NCBI GenBank assembly: GCA_000708835.1
Contig: DF237163.1
Coordinates: forward strand, 12,673-76,672
From: Klebsormidium nitens
Lineage: Eukaryota > Plantae > Klebsormidiophyceae
Direction of reading: 5' to 3'
DNA length: 64,000 nt
The notes beneath the pieces are model-generated. The model saw only the letters and a program-made list of their open reading frames with translations. It was not told the DNA's origin and did no database searches. Positions 58,466 through 64,000 of the stretch are shown piece by piece; the first letter of the stretch is position 1, and every line of letters begins with the position of its first letter. A program made the translations under genes and the position numbers.

Positions 58466-58822
58466 GTGTGTGACCAGTCCGTAACAAAGTTCAGACTTCA
58501 AACGAGTGGCTCTCAAATGAAAAGTCGCAACGCTTCACTCGCCTTTCGCTTCCGACTGTCAAAGATGTGGATAGGAAGCCAGCAACAACACGGGGAAGTA
58601 TATTTGGTCACCCAACTTGAGTGGCATAAAAAGCAACTTCTCGAAGTTCTCGCATCATATGAAGTATCGTGGCCCGCCGGCAGGCTCCTGGAGAAGCTCA
58701 CAGGAGAGGAATCCGATTTGAGGTTGGTCAAGTGCATTTCTACCAGGGAACGTGGGTATTTCGTCTCGTTCAATCTGCCCTTTGATCAATCAATGAAAGT
58801 GATTAAGGATTGTCCGTGCTAA
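58466..58822 (+). CDS. Possible intact exon/ORF of the array family (unknown protein)
   Basis: Open for 118 codons with protein-like composition (QLEWHKKQLLEVLASYEVSWPAGRLL); weak similarity to fragments at ~46020, ~54585 and ORF 48073-48492. Confidence 0.25.
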   Translation: MCDQSVTKFRLQTSGSQMKSRNASLAFRFRLSKMWIGSQQQHGEVYLVTQLEWHKKQLLEVLASYEVSWPAGRLLEKLTGEESDLRLVKCISTRERGYFVSFNLPFDQSMKVIKDCPC

Positions 58823-58829
58823 ATTGTCC

Positions 58830-61800
58830 GAGCGCGTGCTGTTTGCGCGCGGACGTCGCGGCGCTCAGGCTGCGGCGCGCCAGCAATCAGAAGCCGGGAC
58901 GCTTGGCTGCAGGTTGGGTGCCAAATTTGCCAATAACAAACATCGCAGGCGGAATGTTTTGTTAGTATCGGAGTTTCTACCGTTTGACCACCGGCGGTTC
59001 TCAGAAGCATGTGATAGGTGCTCGTGGCTCAGATGGCGTTCAAAACGTCGTTCGATGCTTGCCAATCGATCCTTCTGACGCCGCTCGAAATTTTGCCCCT
59101 CCCCGCCGCGGCCGCACTTCCGCTTTTGAACTCAACGATGGTTCGGTATGAGATTGGCATCTAAAAAGTATCGATCGCTTTACCTTGCGATGGAAGAGAA
59201 CGTCCAAGCAACCGGAGCCCTGGCGTTTACATATCTGCGTTATACGAAACACCAAGTTTGAGGCACCGCCTTTTGACTTACTGATCATTCAAGAATGTGC
59301 GCTTCATTTCACCCTCTTTTTCCCGGAAGCCGACACGTCATCACGCTCGGCCGTCCGTGAAGGCTGACAATGGAAAGCTTTGCCCTGATCGCTACATGCG
59401 CAGCTCAAGACGGATGATCGCTTTGTGGCCGCATCATATTGTGGGCCACCCCAGATTATTTTCCGCCTTTCTAGCTTCAACCAGACCTCGTCCAATACGA
59501 TAGGGTGCGTGTTACGCCGTGTCACAAACAAATACCATGTAGTACAACAGGGGGACCACATCAAGGCGACACTCGATTCGATACTGCGGGCCCCTCAGAA
59601 CGCTGCTTTGCACCGCGTCAATGTGGTTCAAAAAGCTCGACAGGCGCACTAGTACTACGAGTGGGAGATTGGCGGCTGACTGGAAGAAATGATGGGCTGG
59701 GGAAATTCCTGTTTCAAATCGTTGAACCATCTCGCTTCAAGCAACGTACCGCGTCAGAATAAAAACTGGCAGCTTTGCTTGCCCTCTTGATATTTGACGG
59801 GTCGGCACTAACTTGAATAACATGATGTCCAAAATAAGTTCGCGAGTGCCGAGTGGGCACAGCCCTGTTACATAGCCATTTAAAATTCTTCGGCTCTGCT
59901 GGTCGTGAACACTTCTCAGCTCCGAGATTCAGCTTTGGCTGCCTGATCGCCAAGATTGTCACGGGTCGTCCTTGCCAAATCGGCTTAGACTGAACTTCGT
60001 CGGAACTGTTCGAAGCATGTAATAACACAAACAACTTCGACGGCGGCCAATGAAATTGTTTGGCGGTCGCAGATGGGTTCAGCTTGCTCGCAAACACACG
60101 AGATTCTCTGCCAGTAAAATTCCTCGTTGTACTCAAAACCACCTGCAAACAGCTGAAAACAAACCTGACCCGAAGCTGACGTCAGATCTCAACCGCAATT
60201 GAAGCGGGAGCGAGAAGGAAAACGAGAGCGTCAAAAACATTCAACTGCTTTCAACGAGGTGATCAAGGAGCTACGGCAATCAACGAGAAAAGTTGGATGC
60301 CTGATCGCCAAGCATAATGGCCGCTTCTTCCTTACCGCTTTCTTACTTGAAGAATGAACTTAACCAAAGTTTTGATTGACGACTCGGGAGTCTGGGAAAA
60401 TGCCGTGATTGATGCCCAAAATGGGCGGTTGAACAGGATCTGAAATAGATGTGAATGGACTATTGCAACCCAGGCACCGAGTCGAAATCTAAAAGATGGC
60501 TCCGTAAAAGCTCATCTCCGCTGGTGCGTAGAAGTGTGCCCAGACCGTTCCTAATTGCCAACGAAGTCTTGAAATATAGGAAGGGATGGAGGCCAATTTC
60601 GCTCTGAAACGACTATTTCAGAAGGGCGTCCAGCCCGGCTGGTTCAGCGCCGGCAGACCTCTACTTTCTGAAACGCTTCTGAATTGTGGGTATGGTCATA
60701 CTACCTGTGTTTAATTACTCCAAGGCAAAATGGTTTGCAAATGAGGGAACTTTATAGATTGACACACGTCAAACGGACCAAACCAAACAGTCAATAGCTC
60801 TTTGAAATCAAAAGGGGCGATGACGCTTCGCGCTTTATTGCACGTGACAGCTTCAAGTTGCGACAGCTTACACTGGGTTCGCAGCGCGAGACCTTGGACC
60901 ACATGCAGCAGAGCAGCAGAACCATGGTAATCAAAGGCGAGCACCGTGGTCACAACGTGGGTCCACGTCACTTCTTCACCTCTTCACGAGTAAACTATGT
61001 CTGGGGCTCACGTTACGTCCTGGTTTGCGAAGATTCTTACAGTCACCGGCAGTCGCCTGGAAACAAAATTCAAAATTTTCCAAACATGTTCACGGCCACC
61101 ATGAAGACGGAGATCTGCGGTCGGCGACCCTGTCCCCGGACCAGGGTGATCGCCGAGCCCGTGGGCCAGTTGCACACGCCGCCGGCCGCGACGCGCGCGC
61201 AGCCGCGGGCGGCGGCGCGCGCAGCCACAAGACGGGACGCTGAGCTGTGTGACGGCTTGACTGATCGCAAACACCGCAGGCGGTGATGATCGATGTCAAT
61301 ATCAGATTTTTTTGTCGCTCAATTGTAAAAAACTTTCATAAGCATGCAATTGGTGCTCGTGCATAGCTTAGATGGCGTTGGGACAGGCTTTTGATTGTTG
61401 GCGATCCTTCTGACGCCGCTCGCACATTCTGTCTCCCCAGCCGGCACTTCAACTTTTGAACCAAATGGTTGAATAAGAGGGCATGAGAGAAGTTTCGCTT
61501 CCAAGATTTGCTAAAGCGGAGATTGTACAAGCAACCGAAGCCACAACATACGTATACGCGTTGCATTAGAAAACCGACCACAAGGGATGCAACGCGGCCT
61601 GTCATTTGATAGCAGCGAGTTATTCAGCATGCATATGAATGTCGCGCCCGATGCCACGTGTTCTTCAACACCTCTTCATGGCCGCGGGCGTCCGGAAGGC
61701 TGACATAGAAAAGCTTTGGGCCCTGATCAGTATCTGCGCAGCTCAAGAAGGAAGATCGCTTGGTGGCCACATCGCACTGTGGCCCATCCTAAGATCACAC

Positions 61801-63300
61801 TTTCGGCCATCCTAGCTTCGAATCGATTCCTGAGTGATTTGAAAGGGTGGTGTATTACACTCATGTCACCGTGTTGACATTAGAGAGCCTCGTACATATA
61901 TAGTACAGGGAAGGTCCAGACCTCGGAGACAAAGGATTCAGTGGAAGATGCTTTGCATGGAAAGTTTGCAGCGCGTCACGACGGTGCAAGGAAAAGCTGG
62001 AGTCGATTCTTGGCGGAGTTGGACGCCGTCCGGCCGCTGGCGGCTAACTGGAAACGGTCTGATGGGCTCGGCCAATCTGAGTGCAAGCTTTCAAACTCTC
62101 TCCGTTACCAACATAAAGGCGTTAAATTTCTGAGTTTCGAGCTACAGCAAGCTGCGCCCCACCCTCGAGAGTACTTGACGGGCCGGCACCAACTTGATTA
62201 ACACGATTGTCTTCAAACCAAGTGTGCCACGTCCAGCCGCCCTTTTGAAAAGAGTGCATCAAACCCATTAATTCCAATGGCGCAGTTGACTGAACAGGTT
62301 ACTTCGTTGAGCGCAAATCCACGCGCAGAGCTTTAATTTGAGCTTGCAGACAGCTTGACCTTGATGGTGTCTCAGACTCAAAGAACAGCAGAGTACCGCC
62401 GGCCCAGTCACGGTGGTGCTTAGCTCGACTAATCAGGAAGCACGTCAGCCTTCTCCAGCATTTTCAAGAATTGTGCCCATTCCGATGGACATTCCGGTGT
62501 GAATCGGTAAGAGTGCTGGTAAGGTTTGATACACTAGTAGATGGCACCAACAAGGGCAGCCCCGCTCAAAAGATGCTGGTAAAGGCGACGGATCAACGAA
62601 ATGCAACACAAAGATCAGGATCTGAATTCGGCTCTGCGCTTTGCGACTGCAACAATTCAACATTGGCTGCCTGATCGCCAAGCTTGCGTAGACGTCCTTG
62701 CCGGCTCGATCCAACTACAGACAGATCTACAATCATATGGTGACAAGCAAAGCTCAAGGCCATTCCAACGGCAAAGTACTCGGTACGTCTAGCGATTTCA
62801 GATGGGCTCTTGCTGACAAAACGAAGGGTCTACTTTAACACTGAGAAAGCTCGCTCGATCCGAAAAGTACATGCAAACAGCTGGGAACATATATGAACAG
62901 AACCTGAGATTAAATGGTGACCCGCTCGTTTGAAGCGGGCAAAAGAATAGGATGGGGAGCGTCAAAACTTTCAGATAATTTTCTAAGGGTGATCAAGGAG
63001 TTACCGTACGGCATTCATCACCCCAAACGTATGACCTCAACGCCAAGCCTGGTGGCATCGTCCTTGCCGCCTCCTTTAATCATCGAAAAGCAACCACCTT
63101 CCAAAATTTCAGCTGAAGCCCGGGGGCCAGGTAAACACAGAGCTGTCAAAGGAAGCTGTTGGATTCATCCCGGCCCCAAACCGATCTCCACTCAGGCCGG
63201 GTGCTTTAATTTCCTGGGCGCATTATTTTCGTCTCGAAACCACGGACCAGTGGCAGGAGCGACAAACATGAAAAGCCTGCGAGCGCCCGGCTTTTCCGCA
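58830..63300. repeat. Two adjacent diverged units (~58.85-61.2 kb and ~61.2-63.3 kb) of the array, with a further unit starting at ~63.5 kb
   Basis: gatccttctgacgccgctcg at ~59068 and ~61404; gaaggctgaca...gccctgatc...tgcgcagctcaaga at ~59360 and ~61697 (again ~63578); tgcctgatcgccaag at ~59940, ~60298 and ~62669. Confidence 0.8.
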
Positions 63301-64000
63301 AGCGGGCGCCCAGAGCAGGAAAAGACGTCCGAAGGAAAGAAACGAGTTGATCACTGCATATTAATAGATGTTGACTCACGTTCTGCCTGTCCAGTCAGAA
63401 CGGGGGATGACGTAGAACACCTGTATTCGTGTGTCCGTGTCTTTTGCTTCGGAATGAAGAGCTCGTGCATGAACTGAGCACATGAGAAACAATACACAAA
63501 TGTTTACGGCAAGGCTAGTTCGGCCTCCGGCCTCCGGCCTACTGGTTCTGGAACCGGCGTATAGTTGATATGGCGGGAAGGCTGACATAAAATCCAGCAT
63601 TGGGCCGTAGAGATGTCAGTTTTGCGCAGAATGCAAAACGTTTTTAAATGCAGTACACGGCTCTACCACTTTTGCTTGGGTGATCGCTCGCTGGCAGAAA
63701 TCCGCACTGCCAATCGCACCCGTCATCCTTTCCAGGACTTCGATTTGAGAGCACCTGCTGGAGAAGCGCGAGAAAGGTTTCCGTTGCCCCAAAACGTCGG
63801 TGAAATGGAAAAGAAGACTCTTCTGATTAGTCCAACTGGGAGCACGCCCCCAAGTCAAATGATGATGAAGCCGCGTGAGCAGCGGGCGTGCTTGTGCGCC
63901 TAACTTGCGCATTGGTTTTTTCGCTCTTTCTCTTGATGAAGTGTACAGTTGGTTGATAGATCAAACGTCCGTTACTTGTCGGACTGCCGTTCGGCAGTCG

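Larger units (their letters stand above)
44600..64000 (+). pseudogene. Tandem array of ~8-9 decayed, rearranged copies of an unidentified gene-like unit (pseudogenes, lncRNA genes or a TE relic)
   Basis: Cross-matching blocks between units; a CpG-rich island at the left of each unit; short GT-AG-like segments; frameshifts and stops break the homologous frames; no recognisable domain. Strand is inferred. Confidence 0.45.

Noticed and set aside
62914-63477. 187-aa ORF near the window end
   Set aside because: Low-information composition; the homologous segment at ~60190-60360 does not keep this frame

Overview
Eukaryotic nuclear DNA: intron-rich, GT-AG introns, plant-type LRRs plus a flagellar gene. 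It best fits a streptophyte green alga such as Klebsormidium (inference, not verified). Six spliced genes were reconstructed by hand from splice signals and reading frame: a ~1316-aa LRR membrane protein (+), Mg-chelatase CHLD (-), a cytosolic-type glutathione reductase with an N-terminal extension (+, divergent from CHLD), flagellar CYB5D1 (-), a GT29 sialyltransferase-like protein (+) and a PAP2 lipid phosphate phosphatase (+). The most striking candidate is the LRR gene: its ~32 extracellular LRRs are spliced in frame not to a kinase but to an extra TM helix plus a module carrying XK/Xkr-scramblase signature motifs (DxxTD, ExxxExxPQ). Three housekeeping genes carry tandem duplications spanning exon-intron junctions. 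From ~44.6 kb to the window end lies a decayed tandem array of about 8-9 related units, each starting with a CpG-rich island, with no recognisable product. No rRNA, tRNA or CRISPR array was seen.
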